Counted from the whole stretch's first letter, positions 1-11,576 are shown. The stretch: DNA of 62,445 bases, filler included, from Globobulimina sp. (GCA_003354225.1; 26 parts of 26 records of this genome joined end to end with filler, not necessarily neighbours in it); one strand, 5' to 3'. Notes: generated from the letters alone by a model not told the origin. Numbers and translations: made by a program.

Positions 1-190
1 CAAGAGTAAATTTAATGTCCAGTCGGAAAAGAATTTAATTGACTGAAGAATGTTTTTGGAATTTTTGAAGAATTTTAATGTTTTTTTGAGAATTTTAAGC
101 TAACTTTTTTTCACTAAATTTCCCTCATTTATCACTATGGCGAAAGCCAAAACCAAAAGCCACACCAAACCAACCGGTTATTGCTCGAAA

Positions 191-1096
191 TCAATAAGTC
201 GCTGCAACATAGACGACTAGTTGGTGTAGATTATAGACACTTAAATAATGAGATAACAACAAAGTAATGTAGATAAAAATAAAAGAGAAGCAGTTATCTG
301 TCTTTTGCTTTCTGTCAATTATTATTTTATGACTTTTGCTTGCTTTTTTCATATGCATGGATAAGTTAATATTTGTTAAGTGCGTGAGATACGGGACGCC
401 TCCAGACGCGATATGCGATTGTACGATCTCTTTGGTCTCAGAGAAAGGGTTTGATATAGCAAATTGTGCCAAATCAGGGGTTTTTTGCGTGAGATACGGG
501 ACGCCTCCAGACGCAATATGCGATTTTACGATCTCATTGTTATCAGAGAAAGGTTCTGAGATAGCAAATTGTGCTAAATCATGTGTGATATTCCGTTGTA
601 GGGGAATCACAGTTTGCGTGAAGTACAGGACGCCTCCTGACGCAATAGGCGATTTTACGATCTCTTTGGTCTCGGAGAAAGGGTTTGAGATAACAGTTAT
701 TGCTAAATCAAGTGTGATATTCCGTTGTAGGGGAATCACAGTTTGAACGTATCCATGAGATCCGTTCAGAAAATTCTGTTTTTTTCTGTTTTGATTTTTT
801 TTATTATTTTGGATATTCGGTGCGTTCGGATGTGTTGTGTTATTGGTATGGATATTTGCAGGAATTGTGTTTGATGACTGAGTGGTTGCGCCTGTCTCAT
901 CGACGCATATGCTGTTATGTACCGGTGAGTTTCTACCTGTCCACAATGAGTTATTTTGTGATCGATTGGTACATGTAATAATTTCAGCGACCTGGTTCGA
1001 TCTAACCAGCCACTTTCCACAGCCACTACCAATGTACAGCACCACCAGGACTAAAAAAGAAAAAGAGACAAACCAATTGTGCCATGACGAAGTCAT
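191..1096 (-). CDS. Hypothetical protein with three internal 35-43 aa repeats
   Basis: 301-aa ORF with a repeated unit (DLA..xISxPFSxxxEIVxSxIASGGVxYxT); no recognised family. Confidence 0.3.
   Translation of the reverse strand: MTSSWHNWFVSFSFLVLVVLYIGSGCGKWLVRSNQVAEIITCTNRSQNNSLWTGRNSPVHNSICVDETGATTQSSNTIPANIHTNNTTHPNAPNIQNNKKNQNRKKQNFLNGSHGYVQTVIPLQRNITLDLAITVISNPFSETKEIVKSPIASGGVLYFTQTVIPLQRNITHDLAQFAISEPFSDNNEIVKSHIASGGVPYLTQKTPDLAQFAISNPFSETKEIVQSHIASGGVPYLTHLTNINLSMHMKKASKSHKIIIDRKQKTDNCFSFIFIYITLLLSHYLSVYNLHQLVVYVAATY
381..745. repeat. Imperfect tandem repeat, 3 units, 105- and 129-bp spacing
   Basis: TGCGTGAGATACGGGACGCCTCCAGACGC-like starts at 381, 486 and 615; both spacings are multiples of 3. 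Confidence 0.9.
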
Positions 1097-1724
1097 GGTC
1101 TAAACTCACTAAACTCACTAATGAATATTTATAGGGAATAAAGATAAAGAACCAAAAAGAAAGCAAACATAGCCAGGGACAACCTTGAGCTCGTACTAAA
1201 AGCAATTCTGTGGTTTGTGTATATTAAACATAAATTTTCATGAGTCTGTTTTGTTGTATTTGATGATAAAATAAGCGATGGACATACCTTTTGTTGTCTG
1301 TAAATTAATATTTCTTCTTTTTTGGTTCATATTTTGTGCTTTTTCCCATTTGATTTGCGCATTGGTATGTTGATTGTATTGGATTTGTTTTGATTGTGAT
1401 TGGATTGTCTTCAGCTGCTGTATTGTGGTGGTGCTGTGGTGATCGGGTTTCTGATATCTGTCTGGATATGTTTCTTTTAGACCGTTTCTATTTGTTTACC
1501 AGTGGAAAAAAGGGGTACCCTTTAACCTTGTTGGAACATGTGAATTAATTCTAGTAAGTTTTCAGGAAAAAAAAAAACCAAATTATTGTGACACCCCTTT
1601 ACTATTTTCGAAACAAGGCAAATTAAGCTAAATTATATCGTCTCCAAACCAAGGCAAACTAAACTAAAAATGTAATATTCAAAACAATATAATTCAAACA
1701 TCACAAAAGACAACACAGATATCA

Positions 1725-2279
1725 TTATTGTGGCAATACAGGATTTTGAACAATCTGCACCAGATCATTCGCTGCAAACAAATTTGCAACAAATAAAACA
1801 CCATTTGCAACATTCATATACGTCGTTAAATTCAATTCTTTGTGGACTCGTGTTCCATTGCTATAAAATGCAATAGTCGCCGTATTATTATCATTATTTA
1901 ATTTGACTTTAATTTGACTAAAACACCACGCAGCACTCCACCCTTCATTTCATGAACTTCTATACAAATGTCCATTTACACCATATAACGAACAACCAGA
2001 CACAACAGCGTGACCAGGATAAGGAACCATTTTAAATGGTTTTGCTTCTGTCACACCAATCATTATTTGCCTATTCCCATGTGAACATATATGAAATTCA
2101 ACATATCTTTGTACAGTGCCATGCTTAGGCATCTCTAATGCTTCATAAACCGGCATTGATACGTGTATGGATACATTCAAATTTGACAGAGTGGCCAGTT
2201 TGGATTGCATTAATGGAAAAATTGTATTGCATAAATTTGGCACAAATGAAATATGGATGGAGTGGAGCAAAGGAGACAT
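1725..2279 (-). pseudogene. SPRY/B30.2-like domain ORF interrupted by one in-frame TGA (1950-1952)
   Basis: YVEFHI..QIMIGV..GCSLYGVNGHLY, then the same frame continues NEGWSAAWCFSQIKVKL..TIAFYSNG..FVANLFAANDLVQIV to TAA at 1725. Confidence 0.55.
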
Positions 2280-2307
2280 TTTAGGGATTGGAGAAATTTA
2301 TAATGAA

Positions 2308-2407
2308 NNNNNNNNNNNNNNNNNNNNNNNNNNNNNNNNNNNNNNNNNNNNTTAATTAATTAANNNNNNNNNNNNNNNNNNNNNNNNNNNNNNNNNNNNN
2401 NNNNNNN
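2308..2407. other. Artificial contig spacer N44-TTAATTAATTAA-N44 (first of 25; the others start at 4715, 7122, 9529, 11936, 14343, 16749, 19155, 21561, 23967, 26373, 28779, 31185, 33591, 35996, 38401, 40806, 43211, 45616, 48021, 50426, 52830, 55234, 57638, 60042)
   Basis: Identical 100-nt block with stops in all six frames recurs about every 2.4 kb; the intervening contig lengths never increase (2307 down to 2304). Confidence 0.99.
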
Positions 2408-2588
2408 GGGTGAGATTCGGTATCTCCCCTCCAAAAACCGACCTATGATTACCCGCGCCGAATAGCCAATATTTAGCACCACCGTAACCTGTCCAAGCCC
2501 CTCCCACGAGGTTCAAGAAATGCCCGCCATGCCTTCAAATCAGCATCAACCAACACCCAGGCGCTCTCAGTGGCCAACACACCATGCA

Positions 2589-2768
2589 ATGGCCACGAAA
2601 CTCTTCTTGGCCGGGGCCTGCCTCACGCTCGTCCTCCTCGCCGCCGGCTGCCAGGAAAAAGTCGTCGCCCGCAGCGGCATCGGCGCCGATGAAACCAACC
2701 CCAATGTCAGCGAACGCGAAGATTCCGATCGCCTCAGTGATTACATCTGGGGTGATAAGAAAAAATAA
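2589..2768 (+). CDS. Small bacterial lipoprotein
   Basis: MATKLFLAGACLTLVLLAAG-C signal peptide with lipobox; lies in a GC-rich, C-ending-codon segment. Confidence 0.7.
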   Translation: MATKLFLAGACLTLVLLAAGCQEKVVARSGIGADETNPNVSEREDSDRLSDYIWGDKKK

Positions 2769-2836
2769 CCCCCGCATCACCAACCCCCGACAACCAATCG
2801 CATAACAACCGCAAGCAATCTTAGAAAGTCAAAAGC

Positions 2837-3406
2837 ATGGGCATCGAACTGGCACTACCAGCCGACACCTTCCTCACCACCAAAATCCAAAGCCTCATCA
2901 ACTGGGGGCGCCGCAGCTCAATCTGGCCCATGCCCTTCGCCACCGCCTGCTGCGGCATCGAACTCATGGCCACCGCCTCCAGCCGCTACGACCTTGCACG
3001 CTTCGGTGCCGAAGTCATGCGCTTCAGCCCACGGCAATCAGATCTCATGCTCGTGGCCGGCCGCGTCACCAACAAAATGCTCCCCGTCCTCCAACGCATC
3101 TATCTCCAAATGGCAGAACCCAAATGGGTCATCTCCATGGGTGCCTGCGCCTCCACCGGCGGCGTCTTCGACACCTACGCAGTCGTCCAAGGCATCGACC
3201 AATTCATCCCCGTTGATGTCTACGTCCCCGGCTGCCCACCCAGACCCGAAATGCTCATCGAAGGCGTCATGGCCATCCAACGCATCATCGACCAGGACCG
3301 CATCCCACCCAAAGGATCGGACGGCAAACGCGTAGGCCTCGGCTTAGCCATTGAGCCCAATTATTCACCACAATCAGTTCCATTTGAACCACCATGGCCC
3401 GCGTGA
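2837..3406 (+). CDS. nuoB: Bacterial NADH-quinone oxidoreductase subunit B (the last ~15 codons probably come from the chimeric eukaryotic segment)
   Basis: [24 protein letters not shown] and [14 protein letters not shown]2 cluster motifs. Confidence 0.97.
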   Translation: MGIELALPADTFLTTKIQSLINWGRRSSIWPMPFATACCGIELMATASSRYDLARFGAEVMRFSPRQSDLMLVAGRVTNKMLPVLQRIYLQMAEPKWVISMGACASTGGVFDTYAVVQGIDQFIPVDVYVPGCPPRPEMLIEGVMAIQRIIDQDRIPPKGSDGKRVGLGLAIEPNYSPQSVPFEPPWPA

Positions 3407-4714
3407 ATGAATTAAAGTTATTATCATAGTAATACGTACTGTAGATACTGCACCAAAATGGTACTTGTAAAGGATCATTGCTTGCAGTGTTTTGACACAA
3501 TTCCCGTACAACTGTTTGATTGATTACATTGTCGAATAGTTCCATGCCTACAATTGCATAAATATAAGCAATACAAAATTCCAATATAAACAATGAACGA
3601 AAAGATGATAACACCGCTTTGGAGGTTCTTAATATAACTCGAAAGCGAGTAAAAGCCCGCAATAACCGCAATAAACGAATAATACGAAAGATAATTATTA
3701 TTTTAATTGTATTTTGCAACAATTCTTCAAATAGAAAAGCAACAATAGATAATATAAAATCTAATTTATTGAAGTTATCCGCCAAATAACCACGAACACC
3801 AAACGCAATCATTTTGAATATAACTTCAAATAAAAACGCATATAAAATAATATCTGCACACCATTGAATGCGCGACGATAAATGATAGATATCCAAAATC
3901 ACAAAAACAGTGCTAAACATTACTAATAAGTTAATAAAATATTCAGTGGAGATTTCAAACGAGGAACATTGAGTTATCACATCCTCAGACCACGTCGAAT
4001 GTTTTTTATATACTGAGGATCTCGGCGATGATGGACTGCTATTAATGTCATGTCGAAATATGGAATCTATGGTCATTGACATTCTATGAGCATGTCCTCG
4101 AAACTTATCATTTGTTTCTTTTTTGCAACAAACAAATTCTTTCCGCCACTGCCAAAAACTAATCAATTTTAATCGAAATTGATACCAATAAATTGGTATT
4201 GAGTTCACTTTTGTCATTAAATTATAAGACGATCTGTTCAATATATTCTCTTTTTTATTATCTTCCTGTCCTATGATTAATAGATTTCGCTGCGTTTGGA
4301 ATTGTTTTGTTTTTTTTAACACCGAAATACGTTTTGCTTTTGCAATATCTTTTGTTATTTCTAACTCTATGAAAGCAGCAATTTGTAGGAACTGTTTCTT
4401 ATCCAAACCATTGTCATAATCCCTTTTCTCCTCATCAGTCAACTCATTGCCGTATGATAACACATTCGCCATTGCCAAATACATCCATTTTATTTGTTCT
4501 TCAACGGCACTTTCATTGTTTCCAAAAGTTGAATATAAATCTTTTCGCATTTTTTTCATAATCTGCGTGAACGTTGACAAATAGACAACTTTTTTATATT
4601 TATCTTTGCTCCGTTTTTTGGGTAACTTTTTCTTGACATTTTTGCCTTTGTTACTGTTTTGATGATACGTCAACACTTTGAATGCTTCTTTGATAGCTCG
4701 TTCACGAACGTTTT
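3357..4714 (-). CDS. Two-pore / voltage-gated cation channel fragment (linker plus second 6TM domain), truncated at both ends
   Basis: [25 protein letters not shown]4 [11 protein letters not shown], pore [21 protein letters not shown] (TPC-type VVNNW filter); frame open to the contig end. Confidence 0.85.
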
Positions 4715-4821
4715 NNNNNNNNNNNNNNNNNNNNNNNNNNNNNNNNNNNNNNNNNNNNTTAATTAATTAANNNNNNNNNNNNNNNNNNNNNNNNNNNNNN
4801 NNNNNNNNNNNNNNTTAAAAT

Positions 4822-5934
4822 TCAGGATACTTTTATATTGATCTCTTCGTAATCACTATTATGTCGCCTTTTAATTATAATTGTTTTGTTTGCATCTTTC
4901 AAAATCTGTGTAATGGATAATTTTATTGCCTTTGATTTGCAAATTTGGTCAATTGGGGCATAACACACTGTGCCTACATTTCGACCATTAATAAAAATGT
5001 CTGTCTCTGTTTTCTTAGTTAAATTTGATGATAACGCAATGCATCGTATTGCAGAGATTGGCATAATGTCAATAATTTCAATTATTCTGCAAAAATGTTC
5101 TGCTGTTTCAAATGTCAAACTCCCGTACGACTTAATTTTACACGCTTTCATTTCCCATAATTGAATAATATCATTATCAATATCAAATTTTAATAAACGT
5201 AGAACCAATGGCTTCCTTATTAGGAATACAATACAAGCGATCGAGCATATTAATATCAAAAATGGGATTATGCTTATCAATATGTACCATTCCAAATTAT
5301 CCGTTGTCTGTACAAAAATCCATAAAATCGTGAACAAAAATCCATTAATAAATACTAAAACAATGATGCAAACAATGATGCCCCGACAACGCAGTTTCCT
5401 CAGATGCTGACGTTTAACATAGAGATTTTCTGCCCATTCATATCCGGATCGCAAATGCATAGCTCGTATACGATCGATATCAAAATGTATAGCCCGTAAA
5501 TCAAAAAATTGATTCGATGTAATAAAATCACCCATTTTTATTTGATGTTTTCCATTTTCATTGGAATAATAACTCTGAATTATTTTAATAACATCGACTA
5601 CGTCGCATATATTTCGACAATATCCAGAGAACAGATACATATATCTCTCTTTATTTAAATTATCGATAATTCTCTCAATTCGAATTTGATTGATTTGTTT
5701 AATCGTAGCTGTTATTTTAGAATCGATAATAAAAATCTCGAGCTCATTAATTTTATCTGAATCACGATCTGAAACATCAATGTTTACCACATGCACTGCT
5801 TTAATTTGTTGATAGTTTGGATTGTTATTATTATTCATATTAATATATGGTTGGTAGTGATTGTTAAATAAGAGGGCAGAGAGAGCTTCATCCGATTCAG
5901 AAGTGTCGTATTCTACAAAGCAAAAATTAAACAT
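4822..5934 (-). CDS. Two-TM hypothetical protein with an LxxGYxR..DvI.II..Y motif
   Basis: 370-aa ORF with two hydrophobic helices and LFSGYCRNICDVVDVIKIIQSYY. Confidence 0.6.
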   Translation of the reverse strand: MFNFCFVEYDTSESDEALSALLFNNHYQPYINMNNNNNPNYQQIKAVHVVNIDVSDRDSDKINELEIFIIDSKITATIKQINQIRIERIIDNLNKERYMYLFSGYCRNICDVVDVIKIIQSYYSNENGKHQIKMGDFITSNQFFDLRAIHFDIDRIRAMHLRSGYEWAENLYVKRQHLRKLRCRGIIVCIIVLVFINGFLFTILWIFVQTTDNLEWYILISIIPFLILICSIACIVFLIRKPLVLRLLKFDIDNDIIQLWEMKACKIKSYGSLTFETAEHFCRIIEIIDIMPISAIRCIALSSNLTKKTETDIFINGRNVGTVCYAPIDQICKSKAIKLSITQILKDANKTIIIKRRHNSDYEEINIKVS

Positions 5935-7777
5935 ACAAACTATTATAATAATATAATTATATTAATTGTTATTATACCAAACTATTTTCTTCCTTTTCAT
6001 TATCACTGTCTGAGTCTGACTCTGATGAAAGAATTGTTCCATTAATCATGTAACTTTCAATAGCAATATGCGCCTCCGTCCACTCGATATTTGTTAAGCA
6101 ACGTTGTTTGGAATATTTGACCAAGACATGAGCATTTGTTGGAGGAATTCCATTCTCAGTCAGATATTGTCTTAAAACGGAAGACATGCTCCTTAATAGA
6201 GTTTATTATATACTTTGGTTTACAAGCTGATGCAGTGCAAGGATAATGTATAGATCCTATATCAGTTTATAAGAGAAAGTGATAAATACGAAAGCTGAAA
6301 ATATAATATAAACACAAAACAAAAATATCACAAATTTATTATTTAGCCAATTTTGTGAATATTTCCAATATATTAATATTGATATAAATGTCCAGCTTCT
6401 TGTTGCACTAAAAAGCAATCTTCAAATAATTGAAGTGGAACAACGCCATATCTCATCAATTCCAATTATTCGAATTCTGTTCAAAACAACACACATTTTA
6501 ATACTTCACAACACACATTGTACCATCCTCAAAAAAAGCAAATGGAGATTATATATTTCATCAGAAGTTGGATTGAATAACAAATTATCATTTAATTAGA
6601 AATTATCACTTGTTTATAGAAGTCATCTTGGCACAAAAACAATATTAAAAAAGAATAACATACCAAATAACAGTGGATTCAGAGCTTAATTCCATATCTC
6701 ATCCAATAACTGTTCAACAACAACAATAAATTACTTTATATATATTAATAAAATGTTAACATACAAAAAAAGTGAGAAAACATTATATTTATCAGACTCG
6801 ATAACATTTTTATCATTTAATTATAAATTATCATTTGCTCTGCAAAAGCATAGGTTTTGCTCATCAAACAATCACAAAATATAAATTGGTTTCAATTACA
6901 TACATGACAATAATTAAACACTTCCACTCAGAGCCTGGCCGGCCATACAAATCTGTGTAATTATAAAATATTAAAATCATTCATATTCAATACAAAAATA
7001 CGAAAGAAAATATATTGTGTTTATAGATCAGAGTTTTTTTTTTCAACAACAATCATTCAGGTTAGTTCCAAGAGTATTTAGTCATAATATTGGCAAATAA
7101 TATTAAAATAACATACGATAANNNNNNNNNNNNNNNNNNNNNNNNNNNNNNNNNNNNNNNNNNNNTTAATTAATTAANNNNNNNNNNNNNNNNNNNNNNN
7201 NNNNNNNNNNNNNNNNNNNNNATTTATACTTGTTATGATATCAATTTGTGGGTGTTTTTTTTAGTGGGTTTTCTGATTTGGGATTTATTGTTTTTGTGTT
7301 GTTTTTTTTCAATTTTTTTTCCATTTTTTAATATATTTTGTTTTCTTTCGTTTTCTCAGTCTCATAAATTTTAATTTATATTTTGTTCTTGAAATATGGA
7401 TTCAATTTTTGATATAAATTATTCGTTGGTTTAGTTATCTCTCAACGATTGTTCAATTAATTGAGTCTTGCTCTTGTTTTTTTGTTATCTTTTTGTCCCA
7501 ATATCTCCCAATTTGCCTTTTTGTTTTTTTTTGATGTATTTTTTTTGTCGTTTCTTTTTGTTCATATCTAAAATATTTACTTACATCTGATTCTGAGCCG
7601 ATAGGATGAAAATGTAGATGAACTCTCGGGCTATTTCAGCAAACTGTAAACTGTCGGTGTTTGGAATATAAACCTGCAGTGTTTTGAAGAAACTGTAATT
7701 TTATTTAAAGTAATTGAAAGGGGAAAAATGAATGAATAAAATACAAAATAATAGTGTCAAAATTAAAAGAATAAATG

Positions 7778-9295
7778 TTATAAAGCAGCATCTTCTTTGT
7801 CTTTGTCAACAGATTGAGCGACCTCCGCTGGTTCAAAATCGTATCGTTGTGATATGGATCCATACGGTTGTTTTCCTCTATTTTGACATCTTAAATAAAG
7901 GACATATCCCAAAATAATAAACTGCAATAAAAAATAAATAAAAAATGAAGCAAATCCTCCATGTACAGCAGCAATAGAGCCAAATATAAAAAAAAACCAG
8001 CCCTGAACACAAAAAAATGATGATAATGAAATATATTTACGTTTCATATACCAAAATATTAGAAATAAACCAACAAAACCAATAAGAAAACTCCATATAA
8101 TTGTTGATAAATAAAAATTTAGAAAATGTTTATTGACTCTTTTATCCATTCCAGATTCATGACATTGCCATTTATACACATAAGTCTCTCGCAATTCATC
8201 CATAAATTCATAATCTGTCAGTTGTGTCGACGTCGTATTATGATGATTATCCATACGCATTTCATCTATATCTTGCGTAAATTGGTCTGAATTACTATTC
8301 CATGCTTCAATGCCACATTGCATCACACTGAATTTGTCATTGGTCACTAAATTAGCTTTCCACGACGTACACTCAGCTTTGTCAATAAGGTCGATAACAT
8401 CATCGCGGTCCGCTTTATGCAAATTGGAGTAGGAATCGACACATTTATATGCTTCGTGACTTATTTTTGTGGATAATTTAAGCATATCAATGGCTGAGGA
8501 AGAAAGGGCATTGGATCTATTCATTGCCATGGCATTGTCGTGGAGCACGTCGTGGAGATGTTTGTTGACTTTGTTATAATCATCATTTAGGGATAAATCA
8601 TTTTTAGCATTATTTAAATATTTATGGCAGACCCAATTTCGACAATATCCCTCAGACTCAATGGCAACATCAATGGCAGCATCAGACTCTGTCTCTGACT
8701 CTGAGTCTGTTGGCAAACAGTAACAGGATTTAAAATCATCGTACTTATAACACCATTGTTTGATAACATGGTCATTATTTATTAATATATCATCATCAAA
8801 AAAACCACATTCTTCCACACCAAATATTTCGATATTATTTGGTAATAATAATTTGGATAACAAAGCTTCGGATTTTGTTTTATTTACAAAATCATAATTT
8901 GCGATGGTGGCACATATCCACGATACACAATATTCGCCATTGTTTATTTTACAATCACATAGTTGTAATTCATTGTTGCTATTTTGTTGGGTCATGTACC
9001 AGAAATCACACAATGCCATGTTTGTGGTTTGGTTGTATACCGCATGTGTGCAGGTAGAATATTCTTCATTTTCGTCACAGCATTCAGCAAAACCACCACT
9101 GTAAAATGGCCAGGAATTACAAAAAAAACCTGCACGACGACCCATTGCGGTTGAACCGCAATTTAAATTATCAGCACATTCTGATTCTGCATATGGACAT
9201 TGAATAAAATTGGACCCAACAAATTGTGTTGTTGTTAAAAGGTGAAACAAAAAACACATCATCTTGTTCATAAGGATAATATGCTTTGTTGTCAT
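7778..9295 (-). CDS. Cys-rich extracellular protein with about 3 C-terminal TM helices
   Basis: 505-aa ORF with a signal-like N-terminus, repeated CxC..YCxxWxC motifs and a hydrophobic C-terminus. Confidence 0.7.
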   Translation of the reverse strand: MTTKHIILMNKMMCFLFHLLTTTQFVGSNFIQCPYAESECADNLNCGSTAMGRRAGFFCNSWPFYSGGFAECCDENEEYSTCTHAVYNQTTNMALCDFWYMTQQNSNNELQLCDCKINNGEYCVSWICATIANYDFVNKTKSEALLSKLLLPNNIEIFGVEECGFFDDDILINNDHVIKQWCYKYDDFKSCYCLPTDSESETESDAAIDVAIESEGYCRNWVCHKYLNNAKNDLSLNDDYNKVNKHLHDVLHDNAMAMNRSNALSSSAIDMLKLSTKISHEAYKCVDSYSNLHKADRDDVIDLIDKAECTSWKANLVTNDKFSVMQCGIEAWNSNSDQFTQDIDEMRMDNHHNTTSTQLTDYEFMDELRETYVYKWQCHESGMDKRVNKHFLNFYLSTIIWSFLIGFVGLFLIFWYMKRKYISLSSFFCVQGWFFFIFGSIAAVHGGFASFFIYFLLQFIILGYVLYLRCQNRGKQPYGSISQRYDFEPAEVAQSVDKDKEDAAL

Positions 9296-9628
9296 TGTAT
9301 TGATTTGAGGAAACCTTTAATTCGATGAGTTGTTGATGGTTCAAAAGTTTTTTTTAGTGAAATGCAGTTTACTAGAAAAGGTACAGCGTCGTAGCAGCGA
9401 TGTCATGGTTGTGGTATATTAACATATTGTACCCCCCCTATTGTAAGCCCCTTATACTTAAGCTAGTCTTAGACCTTAATTTAGTACTTAGTCATTCCTA
9501 CTAAGAAGTTACGCTATACCATATTTGGNNNNNNNNNNNNNNNNNNNNNNNNNNNNNNNNNNNNNNNNNNNNTTAATTAATTAANNNNNNNNNNNNNNNN
9601 NNNNNNNNNNNNNNNNNNNNNNNNNNNN

Positions 9629-11448
9629 ATCAAAGATGGGTTCAATATTTTGCATTTGGATCTACTTCAAACAACTCTAAATTACGAGTTATGCAAATAT
9701 GTGATAAATATTACGGTAAAGATCTCACAAATATTAATCCATTATGCTATTTAGCATCAGAACAAGTACGCAAACGGACGGAATATAAAAATAACTCATT
9801 AACATTTTATTTCTGTGGTATTCGAGTCCCAAAAACGCATAAAATAACAAACAAAATAAGTATACGTAGCAGTATCACAGTTGAATCATCATTGACTGAA
9901 TCAGATACAATATATTCTTTGAAAAAGTTAGTCAGAGACACTTATGATATCTCACACAAAGTCGGTATAGCAATTTTCTATTCCAATCGGATAATATCAT
10001 TGAATGACGCAGTGATGTTAAAAGATTTTGGTGTTACAAATGAGTCATTATTTGTATTGGCAATCATTAATTATTCATATTGTATTAAGGCGGAATGGTC
10101 ATGCAAAGCATGTACTTTTTTAAACTCTTATCATCGCAAAAAATGTGAAATGTGTGATGTTGTCAAACGAGTTGGAATGTCCATAGAAAAAGCCAAGAAT
10201 CCATTGTTAGATAATTCTAATTCTGCTCAGGAAAAATGTCGTGTTTCTGATATGAAAACAAACGCTGAGACTGTAATTAAACCAATATTAATGACAGGAT
10301 TTGATATAATTACGCAAGAATCAGATGTGAATGTCTATAAAATGCCCGGTTGCAATCATGTAATGAATAAAGAATCATTATATAATTATGCATTAACTAC
10401 ATTTAAAGACGCCAATAATCTGTATATAAAATGTCCGCATCCAAATGAAGAAATGAAATGTGATGAGTGGTCCTGTTCATTTTGCACATTTTTAAACGAT
10501 ATTCAACGAACACGATGTGAAATGTGTGACAATGCGAAGCCTGAAAAGAAGAAATATTGTCATGCAAAATGGGAATATTGTTTGATTAAAAAAATTTTGT
10601 TATCAGAAGAAGAGTTGGATAGTTCACGGAATATTAATTTTAAAACCTATGAATTAGAATTATTATCAGCACGGAATACGATAGAAAAAGGTTGCGATGT
10701 ACAGAAATGTCCGAAATGTCAGACGTTATATTATAGGAACAATGTTGGCAATAAACTTGTGCTGAATGATATTAAATCTGTACGAGACATAAATCAACAT
10801 TTTAAAAGTAAATGTGTTTTATGTTATGACAAGTTAGAGCTAGAAAGGAAATATGAACCTGAATATGAAGAAACTTTACTGGTTTGGCAAAAATGGAAAG
10901 CAGTAAATAAGGCTTGTAGTGTTGATGCAGAACATGAAGATGAAGAAACTGTTTCGTCGTTAATGGTTCAGGCAAAAAGAAATAAGTTTGGTAGTCTCCC
11001 ATTTGGTTTTGAAAAGCCATTAAAATGGAAAGCAGTAAATAAGGATTGTAGTGTTGATGCAAAACATATATGTGATTATAATGGATACTTTTGTTGGGGA
11101 TGTGGCTCAGAGTGGGAATATGGACATATTTGTGATTCGTCATTTAAACATGATTTAGTGAATATTTTGTTAAATACAGAAAGTAAAAAAATTGGGAGTG
11201 TCAGTGGTGTACCGTCAGTGAGAGCGTGTCCACGGTGTTGCCAATTAATAACTCATTCGGAAGCATGCAAACATATGAAATGTGAATCGTGCAAATTAGA
11301 TTTTTGTTTTGTATGTTTAAAAGCAAAAAAAAAAGGTAATTGGCAATGTGGTTCATCATCTGCTGTTTGTCCAATTACACCAATACAAAATATGGCCACA
11401 TTACCAAATACAATTGTGTTAAATAAAAGAATGTTTAAATTGTTTTGA
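9629..11448 (+). CDS. UBL + two RanBP2/NZF zinc fingers + RBR E3 ubiquitin ligase (5' truncated)
   Basis: UBL (DTIYSLKKLV..LKDFGV); NZF WSCKACTFLN..CEMC and WSCSFCTFLN..CEMC; RING2 CPRCCQLITHSEACKHMKCESCKLDFCFVCL; frame open from the contig start. Confidence 0.88.
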
Positions 11449-11576
11449 TATATATTTTTTTTCCTTTCTTTATATTTTATATATAGTTTTTTTGTGTTTT
11501 ATATAGTTTTTTATGTTTTACATTTAATGTAATTGTTATATAGCTTACATTTTAAATTGTAAAGAAAAATGCAATC

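Noticed and set aside
1509-1600. AAAGGGGT / ACCCCTTT as transposon termini
   Set aside because: Only 8 bp with no TSD; insufficient support
2352-2363. Periodic TTAATTAATTAA palindrome every ~2.4 kb
   Set aside because: Artificial six-frame-stop linker inside N spacers; ORFs ending in LIN or X runs are artefacts
2535-3335. Alternative-frame ORFs over the bacterial segment, and many short antisense ORFs elsewhere
   Set aside because: Shadows of real genes caused by codon bias
3285-3406. Genuine overlapping nuoB and channel genes
   Set aside because: The overlap is read-through across a chimeric junction
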